NCBI GenBank assembly: GCA_903905335.1
Contig: CAIVGC010000047.1
Span: 1 to 47,991 of the forward strand
Length of the DNA stretch: 47,991 nucleotides
Reading direction: 5' to 3'
Source: an uncultured Methylococcaceae bacterium
GTDB lineage: Bacteria; Pseudomonadota; Gammaproteobacteria; Methylococcales; Methylomonadaceae
Part shown: positions 31,575 to 41,526 of the stretch, in pieces
Layout: every line of letters begins with the position of its first letter
Numbering within the stretch: position 1 is the stretch's first letter
Position numbers and translations under genes: made by a program
Notes under the pieces: generated by a model
Told to the model about the DNA's origin: nothing
Databases searched by the model: none
What the model saw: the letters and a program-made list of their open reading frames with translations, nothing else

Positions 31575-32583
31575 ACCAATGTGCTAAAGCTTTTTGATAA
31601 TTAGTCTTTTTTTGTTCTGGTGTTAACGGTGCCCATTTTTCAGGATACAAAAGGCTGCGATGTAAAAAATCAAATAAAGTGAAATGACGTCTAAAAATAC
31701 GTTGTTGTCGATGGGGTAATAGTGGGTGAAAATAACCGTGACGAGAAAACAAATGTAGAGGGCTTTTACGCAGCCAAAGCCAAGAGCCCATTTCTAAGGT
31801 GAGCGGTATAAACAAGCGCTCATTGTGGTCTCTTTGAATAAATGCATCCAATAAATAATCCCACAAATCACCGTTAATCATATAGGCTTGGAAGGTGGGT
31901 TCAATTTTATAGATATGATGTTGATAACAACGATCAAGTTGTGTTTTTAAAGCATAGATTTCAGCAAGAAAAGCAAAAGGTGTTTTGTGTGATGCGTAGG
32001 GAAACCATAATCGATCTCGCAAACCAAAACCTGAATGTAAGTCTAATGCAATCGACAAAGGCGCATTAAATAATTGCTGATCAACAATGCGACAAACTGC
32101 TAAGGCTTCTTTTTCCATATTAAGTGGGTCGCCTCGATACCACGGTAGATGTGATGAGATGCGGTGGCCACTGAAAATGCGAGTGACGCCCTCTCCTTCT
32201 ATTGGGGCGTTACGCATTAGATCAACACCATTACCATTGCAACGGGTGCCCATATAAACGCCGACAGGATTAACCATGGGTATAAAAACCAGTCGAGATT
32301 TTTCAAGTCGTGCCAAGAACTCTTGATCCCAGTCCAGTAAATGACTGATAGTTTCTAAAAAAGACAAAATAATTTCAGAGCCGATTTTTTCTAAACCGTG
32401 CACGCCGCCAAAGAAAGCTAAAACAGGCACATCAGGTCGATCAGAACCTAAGGTAATGCAATGTATAGGAAATTCTTGTCCTTTAAAAGCAATGCGTTCG
32501 ATGACCTCGGTATGAGCGCGACCACCTAGTTGCTCAATGATACGTTCCAGTTGTTCTAGTTCAGGAAAATTAATCGTAGTCAT
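31567..32583 (-). CDS. M14-like zinc carboxypeptidase (DUF2817-type)
   Basis: GGVHGLE (HxxE), NPVG, R.NGNGVDLMRN, DLHSG, LTLEMG. Confidence 0.82.
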   Translation of the reverse strand: MTTINFPELEQLERIIEQLGGRAHTEVIERIAFKGQEFPIHCITLGSDRPDVPVLAFFGGVHGLEKIGSEIILSFLETISHLLDWDQEFLARLEKSRLVFIPMVNPVGVYMGTRCNGNGVDLMRNAPIEGEGVTRIFSGHRISSHLPWYRGDPLNMEKEALAVCRIVDQQLFNAPLSIALDLHSGFGLRDRLWFPYASHKTPFAFLAEIYALKTQLDRCYQHHIYKIEPTFQAYMINGDLWDYLLDAFIQRDHNERLFIPLTLEMGSWLWLRKSPLHLFSRHGYFHPLLPHRQQRIFRRHFTLFDFLHRSLLYPEKWAPLTPEQKKTNYQKALAHWYE

Positions 32584-32912
32584 AATAAACAGCCATTTTA
32601 ACTGTAGTCGAGTTCTGATAAACGCTAGTTCAGCGTCCAGTTAGATAATAGTTACCCTTATCAAGGGTGAGATAAGAATAGTCTAATCAATAAAAGTGTC
32701 AGTATTATGACTATCGTTACTTTGGACGGTATGCTTTTCACAACGGATAAAAATTGAAATTTGAAAAGAATGCATGGGTTGAGAGAGTAATAAATAAATA
32801 AATTGACTTTGTCTTGCTTATAAAACAGAAGTGGGATTTTTAAAAATTTTAACAACCAATTTTTTTATTTATAAGTTAATTGAAAATCCTTAAGTTCTTT
32901 AACTATTAATGA

Positions 32913-32973
32913 CTAGGAGGCTGTCCGAGAATAGGAGTCGCAGTAGGTTTTCTATTCTCGGACAGCCTCCTAG
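32913..32973. mobile_element. ultra-short MITE or collapsed IS remnant (perfect 22-bp inverted repeat)
   Basis: CTAGGAGGCTGTCCGAGAATAG, 17-nt loop, CTATTCTCGGACAGCCTCCTAG; CTAG at both outer ends; GC-rich within an AT-rich spacer. Confidence 0.7.
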
Positions 32974-33080
32974 AATGGCTATTGAGTCAATATAGCCTAT
33001 AAACTCTTGTAACATTGGCTAGGTAATGTAGTTATGAACCTTTAAACTATGCCAATATCTTGTAACGCGATCATTCCTTA

Positions 33081-33599
33081 ATGAAAAATAAATTACTTCC
33101 GTTTTTTAATGTTTTATCAAAAGATGAACAAAGTATTATGCTGGCGCTGGCCGTTATTTATGCTCCGATTGGCCAGTCGAGTTTCGCAAAATTATTAGAA
33201 AAATCAGCTTGTTTTGATCGACAAACTTTAGGTTTAATTAATAAGCCTTTGCGCGACAAGTTACAAAATAGCAGGTTGATTATTATGTCAACGGATGGTT
33301 GGCGGTGTAATGAAGAAATTGCTGAACCACTGATGCGTTTAGCGGTAGATCAACCTTGGTTTGGCAAATTGACCCAACAGATCATTGCTGAACCTAATTA
33401 TTTTTATTCTGCTAAGATCAATGCCTACCACGCTATAAAGCAATTACGAATTTTTTTATATCAGGGTAATGAAACTGCATTTTCAGCGAATATTGAGCGG
33501 TTTTATACGGATTTTAGAAAAAGTTTTACAGACTCAATCAACATCATTTTTTTAAACACTATGACGCTGCTTGGTTTTCATCGTTATCGGATCAGATGA
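33081..33599 (+). CDS. N-terminal fragment of the SNF2-family helicase (frame changes at the T7 run, 33547-33553)
   Basis: A -1 shift at ATT TTT TTA AAC continues without a stop as ...FFKHYDAAWFSSLSDQMRFQV into the 1204-aa ORF. Confidence 0.7.
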   Translation: MKNKLLPFFNVLSKDEQSIMLALAVIYAPIGQSSFAKLLEKSACFDRQTLGLINKPLRDKLQNSRLIIMSTDGWRCNEEIAEPLMRLAVDQPWFGKLTQQIIAEPNYFYSAKINAYHAIKQLRIFLYQGNETAFSANIERFYTDFRKSFTDSINIIFLNTMTLLGFHRYRIR

Positions 33600-36500
33600 G
33601 ATTTCAAGTATTAGAGTATTTGTTGCGTGATAGGCGTATAGATTTGATCGATACTTCAGAGCCTTATCAATTAATGGAACAGTTTTTTGGCCAAGAAAAG
33701 CCCAGGAATCCTATTATCGTTCACGGCCTTATTGAAGAACGATTGTTACGAGGCAATATAAAGGATGCTGAACAATGGTTAGTCGGTGACTATTCATTTG
33801 ATGCTTTGAAATTGCTAGCGACTTTACGTTTCTTAGAAAACAACAATGATGAGGCGATAGCGTTATTTGAACAGTCGTTAAAAATACTTAAAAAGGAAAC
33901 AGGCAAACGTAATGTCAGTATTGAAGGCATACATGGGTTCTTTTTTAATTTAGCTTTACTAAAGACGCGGTCACCTCAAAATATAGTTTTGTTAAAGCAA
34001 CAAACTCAAATTACGCTTAAGAAATCTTGGCAAAATGAGGGTTTTTATATACTTAATTTAATCCTCTTAGACGCGGTTGATATTTATCAAGGTAAATCCA
34101 CCAGTGAGCAGAGTGAACATTTATTAAGGGCTAATAAATTGCCCTATGAGCGCTTATTTCATGTTCTATTATTATATTGGATTGGTGAAATTGACAATAT
34201 AACTAAGCACCCTAGAAATAAAGATTTTTTAGCTGATTTAGCTAGCTTTTGTTTGCAGGCTAAGGACTTGGGCTATGAATGGTATGCTGCGGTGAGCGCC
34301 TTATTGTTACAACGGCTCAATTATAAGAATCAAGCTTGTGAAAAATTAGCACAACAATATTCACAATCAACATTTAAAGATATTATTGATTTATTGCCAC
34401 AGGTTTCAGCATGGCAAAGAGCCTTAGATGCTTTAACTCAATTGACGGTTGAATCAGACGTGACTGTTCAAACAGAACTACGCCTGATTTGGTCATTAAG
34501 CTTGCTTAATAATGCCGTAATATTAGAACCTAAAGAGCAGCGTTTAGGTAAAAATGGTCGATGGACTAAAGGTCGACCGATTGCCTTAAAAAGGTTACAT
34601 CAAGACATTGCTGATTTTGATTATTTAACCGAACAAGATCGACGAATTTGTAAGTCTATTCAAGTTGAAAAAGAAGACTCGTATTATGGTTACTCCAGCA
34701 AAGAATATTATGCGCTACCTAGCATTGCCATTGTTGAGGCGGCAGGACATCCCCATGTTTATTGGCTTAATCAAGAAGCTACTTCGCCTCCAGTCGATAT
34801 TGTATTGGCAGAGCCTCAATTACTGGTTAAAGAACAAGAAGAAAATTTACATATTTCCTTGTTACCACCTATAGGTTCACAGCACATCATTGCTCAAAAA
34901 ACAGCCAGTCATGGCTTAATCGTCTATGTTATAAGTGATGCACATAGGCAAGTGGCTAATATTTTAGGTAAAAATGGCTTAACAGTGCCCGCGAGCGCTC
35001 GCCAACAAGTAATCGATTCAATTTCTTCAATTGCTTCAATGTTAACGGTACAGTCTGATATTGGTGGTACATCTAGTTATGCAGAAACCGTAGAAGCCGA
35101 CAGTCGCTTACATATACATCTACAGCCTGTAGGACAAGGTATACAAATAGAAGTATTTGTACAGCCCTTTAGTGAGGGTGGTCCGCTTTATAAGCCGAGT
35201 GCGGGTGGAGCAACAGTATTGGCCGAGATTGATGGCAAACAATTGCAAACTACACGTGATTTTGATTTAGAAGCCGACTATTTAAAACAAGTGTTGGATG
35301 AATGTCCCGAATTATATGTTAATAAAGAAGCCAAGTGGTTATTGGATGATGCTGAATCGGCCTTGGAAGCGTTGTTACATTTACAAGAGCTAGGTGAGTT
35401 TGCCGTTCTTGAATGGCCTAAAGGTAAAAAGATTCGTCTCAGCCGTGAGGCTGGCCTATCACAAGTACAATTTTCGGTGCGCAAGGAAAAAGATTGGTTT
35501 AGTGTAGAAGGCACAGTACAAATTGATGATCAGCAAGTGCTGGATATGCAGCAATTAATGAGCTTGTTAAGTGGCTCATCAGGTCGTTTTCTTAGGTTGG
35601 ATGATGGCCAGATCATTACTTTAACGCAGGAATTACGCCAGCGCTTGGACGATTTAGCGGGTCTAGGCGACGTACATAAAGATAAAGTACGTTTTCATCC
35701 ATTAGCCGCACAGGCCTTGGATGAAATTACGACAGGCATGAGTATTACGGCCAGTAAGCCTTGGCAAGATCAATTAGTCCGACTTAATGAAATGGGTGAT
35801 TTAAATCCGCAGCCACCGTCAACCTTACAAGGTGACCTGCGTGATTATCAGCGTGAAGGTTTTCAATGGATGATGCGTTTGGCTCATTGGGGCGCGGGTG
35901 CTTGCCTAGCCGATGATATGGGCTTGGGTAAAACAGTACAAGCCTTGGCTTTGATATTGTCGCGTGCACCACAAGGACCGTCGTTGATTCTTGCACCCAC
36001 CTCAGTATGTATTAATTGGCTAGAAGAATGTCAGCGTTTTGCACCTACCTTAAACGCCTATCAATTTGGGCTAGGTGATCGACAAGAGATGCTTGATAAT
36101 GCCGGCCCTTTTGATTTAATTGTCTGTAGCTACGGCTTATTGCAAACCGAGGGCGAACGCTTGGCGGAAAAAACATGGCATACGTTAGTAGCTGACGAAG
36201 CTCAGGCCATTAAAAATGGGCTAACTAAACGCTCTAAAGCCGCCATGGCCTTGCAAGCTGATTTTAAATTGATTACTACAGGTACACCTATAGAAAATCA
36301 TTTGGGTGAGTTGTGGAATTTATTTAACTTTATTAATCCGGGTTTATTGGGTTCATTACAAAAGTTTAATCAACGTTATGCGCAGGCGATAGAAAACCAA
36401 AAAGATCAGGAAGTACAGCATCGGTTACGAAAATTATTACGGCCTTTCATCTTAAGACGTTTAAAGAATGACGTATTAACCGAATTGCCCTCACGTACTG

Positions 36501-37210
36501 AAGTCACCTTGCATATAGAATTAAGTCCAGAAGAACGAACACTCTATGAGGCCTTACGTCGTAATGCTATGCAAACAATGCTAAGTAACACCGCACAGCC
36601 TGGACACAAACAGCTGAAAGTTTTAGCAGAAATCATGAAGCTGCGCCGTGCTTGCTGTCATCCTCGTTTAGTGATGGAGGAAAGTACGCTCAGTAGCTCT
36701 AAGTTGTTAGCTTTTGAAGAGTTGGTGGATGAGTTATTGGACAATCGCCATAAAGCCTTAGTGTTTAGTCAATTTGTTGGCCATTTAACGCTGATTCGTC
36801 AATTGTTAGATAAAAAAGGCATTCCTTATCATTACCTAGATGGCTCAACCTCTATTCCAAATAGGAAAAAAGCTGTTAACTTATTTCAAGCAGGTGAAGG
36901 TGATTTGTTTTTAATTAGTTTAAAAGCCGGCGGGACTGGTTTAAATCTAACAGCCGCCGATTATGTAATACATATGGATCCTTGGTGGAATCCTGCGGTC
37001 GAAGATCAAGCGTCTGATAGAGCGCATCGCATGGGTCAAAAACGCCCTGTGACCATTTATCGCTTAGTTGCAAAAGACACTATAGAAGACAAAATTGTCG
37101 AGCTACATAAGCATAAGCGCGATTTAGCTAATAGCTTATTAGAAGGTGGTGAAGTCAGTGGCAAAATGTCTGTAGAAGATATGATGGCTTTGATTAAGGA
37201 TATTGATTAA
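33596..37210 (+). CDS. SNF2/SWI2-family DNA-dependent ATPase (main part)
   Basis: LRDYQREG (Q motif), LADDMGLGKT, DEAQAIKN, TGTPIEN, LRRLK, FSQF, SLKAGGTGLNL, DPWWNPAVEDQASDRAHRMGQ. Confidence 0.93.
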   Translation: MRFQVLEYLLRDRRIDLIDTSEPYQLMEQFFGQEKPRNPIIVHGLIEERLLRGNIKDAEQWLVGDYSFDALKLLATLRFLENNNDEAIALFEQSLKILKKETGKRNVSIEGIHGFFFNLALLKTRSPQNIVLLKQQTQITLKKSWQNEGFYILNLILLDAVDIYQGKSTSEQSEHLLRANKLPYERLFHVLLLYWIGEIDNITKHPRNKDFLADLASFCLQAKDLGYEWYAAVSALLLQRLNYKNQACEKLAQQYSQSTFKDIIDLLPQVSAWQRALDALTQLTVESDVTVQTELRLIWSLSLLNNAVILEPKEQRLGKNGRWTKGRPIALKRLHQDIADFDYLTEQDRRICKSIQVEKEDSYYGYSSKEYYALPSIAIVEAAGHPHVYWLNQEATSPPVDIVLAEPQLLVKEQEENLHISLLPPIGSQHIIAQKTASHGLIVYVISDAHRQVANILGKNGLTVPASARQQVIDSISSIASMLTVQSDIGGTSSYAETVEADSRLHIHLQPVGQGIQIEVFVQPFSEGGPLYKPSAGGATVLAEIDGKQLQTTRDFDLEADYLKQVLDECPELYVNKEAKWLLDDAESALEALLHLQELGEFAVLEWPKGKKIRLSREAGLSQVQFSVRKEKDWFSVEGTVQIDDQQVLDMQQLMSLLSGSSGRFLRLDDGQIITLTQELRQRLDDLAGLGDVHKDKVRFHPLAAQALDEITTGMSITASKPWQDQLVRLNEMGDLNPQPPSTLQGDLRDYQREGFQWMMRLAHWGAGACLADDMGLGKTVQALALILSRAPQGPSLILAPTSVCINWLEECQRFAPTLNAYQFGLGDRQEMLDNAGPFDLIVCSYGLLQTEGERLAEKTWHTLVADEAQAIKNGLTKRSKAAMALQADFKLITTGTPIENHLGELWNLFNFINPGLLGSLQKFNQRYAQAIENQKDQEVQHRLRKLLRPFILRRLKNDVLTELPSRTEVTLHIELSPEERTLYEALRRNAMQTMLSNTAQPGHKQLKVLAEIMKLRRACCHPRLVMEESTLSSSKLLAFEELVDELLDNRHKALVFSQFVGHLTLIRQLLDKKGIPYHYLDGSTSIPNRKKAVNLFQAGEGDLFLISLKAGGTGLNLTAADYVIHMDPWWNPAVEDQASDRAHRMGQKRPVTIYRLVAKDTIEDKIVELHKHKRDLANSLLEGGEVSGKMSVEDMMALIKDID

Positions 37211-37225
37211 GGCAATAAAAGCAAA

Positions 37226-37304
37226 GTAGGCTGGGCTAACGGCTTTATCGTTAACCCAATATCCAGATGAAGGCGCTGGGCTGTAAAGATACAACTTAAC
37301 CTAT
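37226..37304. repeat. degenerate inverted pair of GTAG-type REP-like units
   Basis: GTAGGCTGGGCTAACG-7 nt-CGTTAACCCAA and an inverted, decayed partner ending AACCTAT; further small hairpins at 37305-37319 and 37331-37352. Confidence 0.55.
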
Positions 37305-37351
37305 GTGACAGTTTGTCACGTTTTAGATGAATATACGATTTCTCGTATATT

Positions 37352-38089
37352 TTAATCTCGCTGTTCTAGCGTTAACATCCAAGGTCTGATTTTTGTGGGT
37401 ATCACTTTTCCTTCGTTATCCAGTTTGATATGAGTCAAACTGACGGCGTCCAAGACATTGCCTCCTATTACATCAAGTTCCCTGGGGTGTTTTGCAACCA
37501 CTAAATCACAGTGGTAAGCCCCGCGATTTAGATCGCTATAATTGTGAATAGACTGGATAAAGGCTACACCCCGAGGCGCACAAATGATATCTCCTGGTTT
37601 AGGAGGATAAGTATGGATATCATGGCTTACAAATCTGTTTTCAGACCCCGCTGCCATCACATACTGAATATAATCCCAATGCAAAACACTAGAAGGTAAA
37701 TCACTTTCTGGAACGCCTGCACTCCTAGCCAGCCAGACAATAAAAGCCCCAGACCAAGGTCTAATTTCGCCGTCATGCCCGATTATCGGTAAATCCGTCA
37801 CAGAATACCAATACATGTATATTCGGCTAAAAAAAGGCGGAAGCGATTCATGACCGTGGGTTATTTTACTTGGATAAGTTATTGTTGGAGGCTCAATATC
37901 AAAATTTACTTCTGGACGACCGAACAATTCCCATTCCTGACGGGCAAGGTACAGCATTCGCTCTCTTACGTCAGGAATCACTAACGTTGGTAAGACATTG
38001 GCTGTAGCTAAAATGGCAGGTGTCTGTCCTTGTTTTTGCAGCGTACAGCCACTAAGAAGCAAAACAATGCCGAGAAAAATATAAGGCAT
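37352..38089 (-). CDS. DUF2272-domain lipoprotein (CHAP/papain-like fold)
   Basis: Lipobox LLSGC; ARQEW..FG, PWSGAFI.W, P.PGDIIC, HCDLVV, IGGNV.DAVS. Confidence 0.75.
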   Translation of the reverse strand: MPYIFLGIVLLLSGCTLQKQGQTPAILATANVLPTLVIPDVRERMLYLARQEWELFGRPEVNFDIEPPTITYPSKITHGHESLPPFFSRIYMYWYSVTDLPIIGHDGEIRPWSGAFIVWLARSAGVPESDLPSSVLHWDYIQYVMAAGSENRFVSHDIHTYPPKPGDIICAPRGVAFIQSIHNYSDLNRGAYHCDLVVAKHPRELDVIGGNVLDAVSLTHIKLDNEGKVIPTKIRPWMLTLEQRD

Positions 38090-38252
38090 ACTTAAATAGG
38101 GTTAAATCTAACACACTTTGTTGGCATCAAGTGTAAAGGGCATCTCTAAAAATAGCCACTTTTCACTTAGAATTATAGTGATATAGTCAGTAGTCTCGAT
38201 GTAACGCAGTGTGGCAGTCAAATCTAGGATATTCGGAGCTATGACTTACAAG

Positions 38253-38275
38253 GTCGGGCACAGTTCGTGCCCGAC
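38253..38275. terminator. GC-rich hairpin after purD (terminator or REP-like)
   Basis: GTCGGGCAC-AGTTC-GTGCCCGAC, perfect 9-bp stem 8 bp past the purD stop. Confidence 0.6.
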
Positions 38276-38283
38276 AGTTAAGC

Positions 38284-39555
38284 CTAAATAGCTTTAAAAC
38301 CAATATCGGTACGGTAATAAACGCCATCCCAATGCAGGCTGTTAGCCAGTTTATAAGCGTTGGTTTGTGCGGTTTTAATATCTTGTCCTAATGCACAGGC
38401 CGATAACACGCGACCACCTGCAGTAATTATGTTGTCGCCGACCTTTTTTGTCCCCGCATGAAATACTTTGCACTCAGCTTGTTCTTGTTCGGGTAAACCA
38501 GAAATAATCGCGCCTTGTTGATAAGTGTCTGGATAACCACCAGCGGCCAAGACTACGGCTAAGGCGGCTCGTTCATCCCAGTCGCTATGAGCTTTATCCA
38601 GCTCTCCTGCCAAAGCTGCTTCACAGAGTTCGACTAGGTCGCTTTTCATACGCATCATGATAGGCTGAGTTTCAGGATCACCAAAACGACAGTTATATTC
38701 CAAAACTTTGATCGTGCCATCAGGGCTAATCATTAAACCGGCATAAAGAAAGCCGGTATAAGGTAGACCATCGTCGGCCATGCCTTTTAAAGTAGGTGCG
38801 ATCACATCACGCATAACACGCTCATGAATTTCTGGCGTTACGACGGGAGCGGGTGAATAAGCGCCCATGCCGCCAGTATTTGGCCCTAAGTCATTATTAT
38901 CACGCGCTTTGTGATCTTGTGAAGTAGCCATAGCCAGTGCATTTTTGCCGTCAGCAATAACAATGAAGCTGGCTTCTTCGCCGATTAGAAATTCTTCAAT
39001 GACTACACGATTGCCAGCGCTACCAAAAACATTGCCTGAGAGCATGTCGATGACCGCATCTATCGCGGCTTGTTCGCTTAGTGCAACAATCACGCCTTTG
39101 CCGGCAGCCAAACCGTCAGCTTTAACAACAATAGGCGCACCTTGTTGTTTGATATAAGCGATGGCAAGCTCAGTATCAGTAAAGCTTTGATAAGCCGCAG
39201 TGGGAATATGGTGGCGTATCATGAAATCTTTGCAAAAAGATTTAGAACCTTCAAGTTGTGCAGCGAGTGCGCTGGGGCCAAAGCATTTTAAGCCAGCGGC
39301 TTGAAAGCTATCAACGATACCTAAGACTAAAGGAATTTCTGGGCCAATAATGGTTAAGTCGATGTGTTCCTGTTGGGCAAAAGCCAGTAAACCAGAAATA
39401 TCATCGACAGCCAGTGCGATGTTTTCAACGCCAGCTTCTAAGGCCGTACCTGGATTTCCCGGCGCTACAAAGACTTGCGTAACTTTAGGTGATTGTTTAG
39501 CTTTCCAAGCAAGGGCGTGTTCACGACCACCGCTACCAACGATGAGGATTTTCAT
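38284..39555 (-). CDS. purD: phosphoribosylamine--glycine ligase
   Basis: MKILIVGSGGREHAL (likely true start, ATG at 39555), KADGLAAGKGV, QDHK, NTGGMGAY, EYNCRFGDPE. Confidence 0.97.
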   Translation of the reverse strand: MKILIVGSGGREHALAWKAKQSPKVTQVFVAPGNPGTALEAGVENIALAVDDISGLLAFAQQEHIDLTIIGPEIPLVLGIVDSFQAAGLKCFGPSALAAQLEGSKSFCKDFMIRHHIPTAAYQSFTDTELAIAYIKQQGAPIVVKADGLAAGKGVIVALSEQAAIDAVIDMLSGNVFGSAGNRVVIEEFLIGEEASFIVIADGKNALAMATSQDHKARDNNDLGPNTGGMGAYSPAPVVTPEIHERVMRDVIAPTLKGMADDGLPYTGFLYAGLMISPDGTIKVLEYNCRFGDPETQPIMMRMKSDLVELCEAALAGELDKAHSDWDERAALAVVLAAGGYPDTYQQGAIISGLPEQEQAECKVFHAGTKKVGDNIITAGGRVLSACALGQDIKTAQTNAYKLANSLHWDGVYYRTDIGFKAI

Positions 39556-39608
39556 AAGGGAGAGAGTCTCAGCAAGACGGCGCAACAGTCTGTTACGCCG
39601 TGTTTAAA

Positions 39609-41168
39609 TTAATGTCGAAAATGACGCATGCCGGTGAAAACCATGGCAATGTTGTGTTCATTTGCAGCGTCTATTACTTCGTTATCACGCATAGAACCGC
39701 CGGGTTGAATAATGGCGGTGATACCTGCTTCTGCCGCGGCATCAATGCCATCTCTAAAGGGGAAAAACGCATCAGATGCTAAGGCTGAACCAGGGACTAC
39801 TAAACCTTCATCGGCAGCTTTTATGCCGGCAATTTTAGCAGAGTAAACACGGCTCATTTGTCCTGCGCCTACACCAATTGTCTGACCATTTTTGCAATAA
39901 ACAATAGCATTAGATTTAACGAATTTGGCGACTTTCCAAGCGAATAATAAATTGGCTAATTCTTGTTCGCTAGGTGCGCGTTGACTAACAACTTTAAGAT
40001 CAGCAAGACTGATTTCACCGAAATCTTTATCTTGAACTAAAAGACCACCTGCGACGCGCTTGAAATCAAAAGAGGGTGCATTAACACGTCCCCATAAGCC
40101 ACAAGCCAATACTCGAATGTTTTGTTTGGTGGCTAGCACGACTAATGCAGCCGGCGTTATGGTCGGCGCAATTATCACTTCAACAAATTGACGGCTGATT
40201 ATTTCGATCGCGGTTTGTTCATCGAGTTCTTGATTAAAGGCGATAATGCCACCGAAAGCTGAAGTCGGATCTGTTGCATAAGCTTTATCATAAGCGTCTA
40301 AAAGACTATCAGCCTGGGCTACGCCGCAAGGGTTAGCATGCTTAACGATTACGCAAGTGGCCTTGTCATTAAAGGTTTTTACACATTCCAGCGCGGCATC
40401 GGCATCGACAATATTGTTGTAAGATAATTCTTTACCCTGATGCTGATGAGCTGCCGCAATAGTGCCAGCGGCAGGAGATTTTTCTCTATAAAAAGCAGCA
40501 CTCTGATGGGGGTTCTCGCCATAACGTAGTGCTTGATTATGATAAAACTGTAAATTTAAGGTTTCAGGGAACGGCACGTCATTTAACTTGCCTAGGTAAG
40601 TTGCAATGGCAGTGTCATAACGTGCAGTATGTTCAAAACTTTTTAGTGCCAGATTAAAGCGAGTTTTTGCAGAAAGCTTGTTATCAGTCTGCTTTAGTTC
40701 GGCTAAAATACTGGCGTAATCATAAGGACTAACAATGATGGCAACATCCGCATGATTTTTAGCAGCGGCGCGTATCATCGTTGGCCCACCGATATCGATA
40801 TTTTCAATAGCAGTTTCAAAATCACAATCGGGTTTAGCAATGGTTTGTTCAAACGGATAGAGATTGACCACAACCATATCAATAGGCTTAATAGCATTTG
40901 CAGCCATTACAGCATCATCTATACCTCTACGTCCTAAAATGCCACCATGTACTTTAGGGTGTAAGGTTTTAACCCGACCATCCATCATTTCTGGAAAGCC
41001 TGTGTAATCAGAAACTTCAGTGACGGGGATGTGATGCTCCATCAGCGTTTTAGCAGTGCCGCCAGTAGACAAAAGCTCAATGCCTAATTGATGTAATTCT
41101 CGGCAAAAATCGACGACACCAGATTTATCAGAAACGCTGATCAGTGCGCGAGTCATTTGTTTGTTCAT
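39609..41168 (-). CDS. purH: bifunctional AICAR transformylase / IMP cyclohydrolase
   Basis: [42 protein letters not shown]. Confidence 0.98.
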   Translation of the reverse strand: MNKQMTRALISVSDKSGVVDFCRELHQLGIELLSTGGTAKTLMEHHIPVTEVSDYTGFPEMMDGRVKTLHPKVHGGILGRRGIDDAVMAANAIKPIDMVVVNLYPFEQTIAKPDCDFETAIENIDIGGPTMIRAAAKNHADVAIIVSPYDYASILAELKQTDNKLSAKTRFNLALKSFEHTARYDTAIATYLGKLNDVPFPETLNLQFYHNQALRYGENPHQSAAFYREKSPAAGTIAAAHQHQGKELSYNNIVDADAALECVKTFNDKATCVIVKHANPCGVAQADSLLDAYDKAYATDPTSAFGGIIAFNQELDEQTAIEIISRQFVEVIIAPTITPAALVVLATKQNIRVLACGLWGRVNAPSFDFKRVAGGLLVQDKDFGEISLADLKVVSQRAPSEQELANLLFAWKVAKFVKSNAIVYCKNGQTIGVGAGQMSRVYSAKIAGIKAADEGLVVPGSALASDAFFPFRDGIDAAAEAGITAIIQPGGSMRDNEVIDAANEHNIAMVFTGMRHFRH

Positions 41169-41229
41169 GCAGACCTTTTATATAGATGGATAGGGGGATT
41201 TGGTTGTGTAAGTCGAATCGTGGTGGAGC

Positions 41230-41514
41230 TTAAGAGATTCCGTATTGATCCAATTTCTTTCTTAATGTACTGCGACTTAAACCTAATGCTTTAGCCGCTT
41301 TAGTTTGGTTATAGCCTGAATGTTCTAATGCGGTTTCTAACAAGGGTTTTTCAACTTCGCTAATGACCATAGCATGTAAGCCAACAGCATCATGGCCGCT
41401 CAGTTGCGAAAGATAGAACTCAACAGTTTGTTTGACATATAGAGACAGTGGTAAAGGTATGACGTCTTTACTGTCTATGTCAATGATTTCAACACTTTTT
41501 GATGATTCATTCAT
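41230..41514 (-). CDS. fis: Fis-family nucleoid-associated regulator
   Basis: EVEKPLL...NQTKAAKALGLSRSTLRKKL helix-turn-helix; directly downstream of dusB. Confidence 0.9.
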   Translation of the reverse strand: MNESSKSVEIIDIDSKDVIPLPLSLYVKQTVEFYLSQLSGHDAVGLHAMVISEVEKPLLETALEHSGYNQTKAAKALGLSRSTLRKKLDQYGIS

Positions 41515-41526
41515 GGGCAGTAGTGA

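Noticed and set aside
32661-32855. 64-aa minus-strand ORF
   Set aside because: Low-complexity translation of an AT-rich divergent promoter region
32584-33080. LexA box or defence-island context for the SNF2 gene
   Set aside because: No CTGT-N8-ACAG found, and no methylase, nuclease or other defence genes adjacent
39556-39585. 10-aa N-terminal extension of PurD
   Set aside because: The canonical MKILIVGSGGREH start is at 39555
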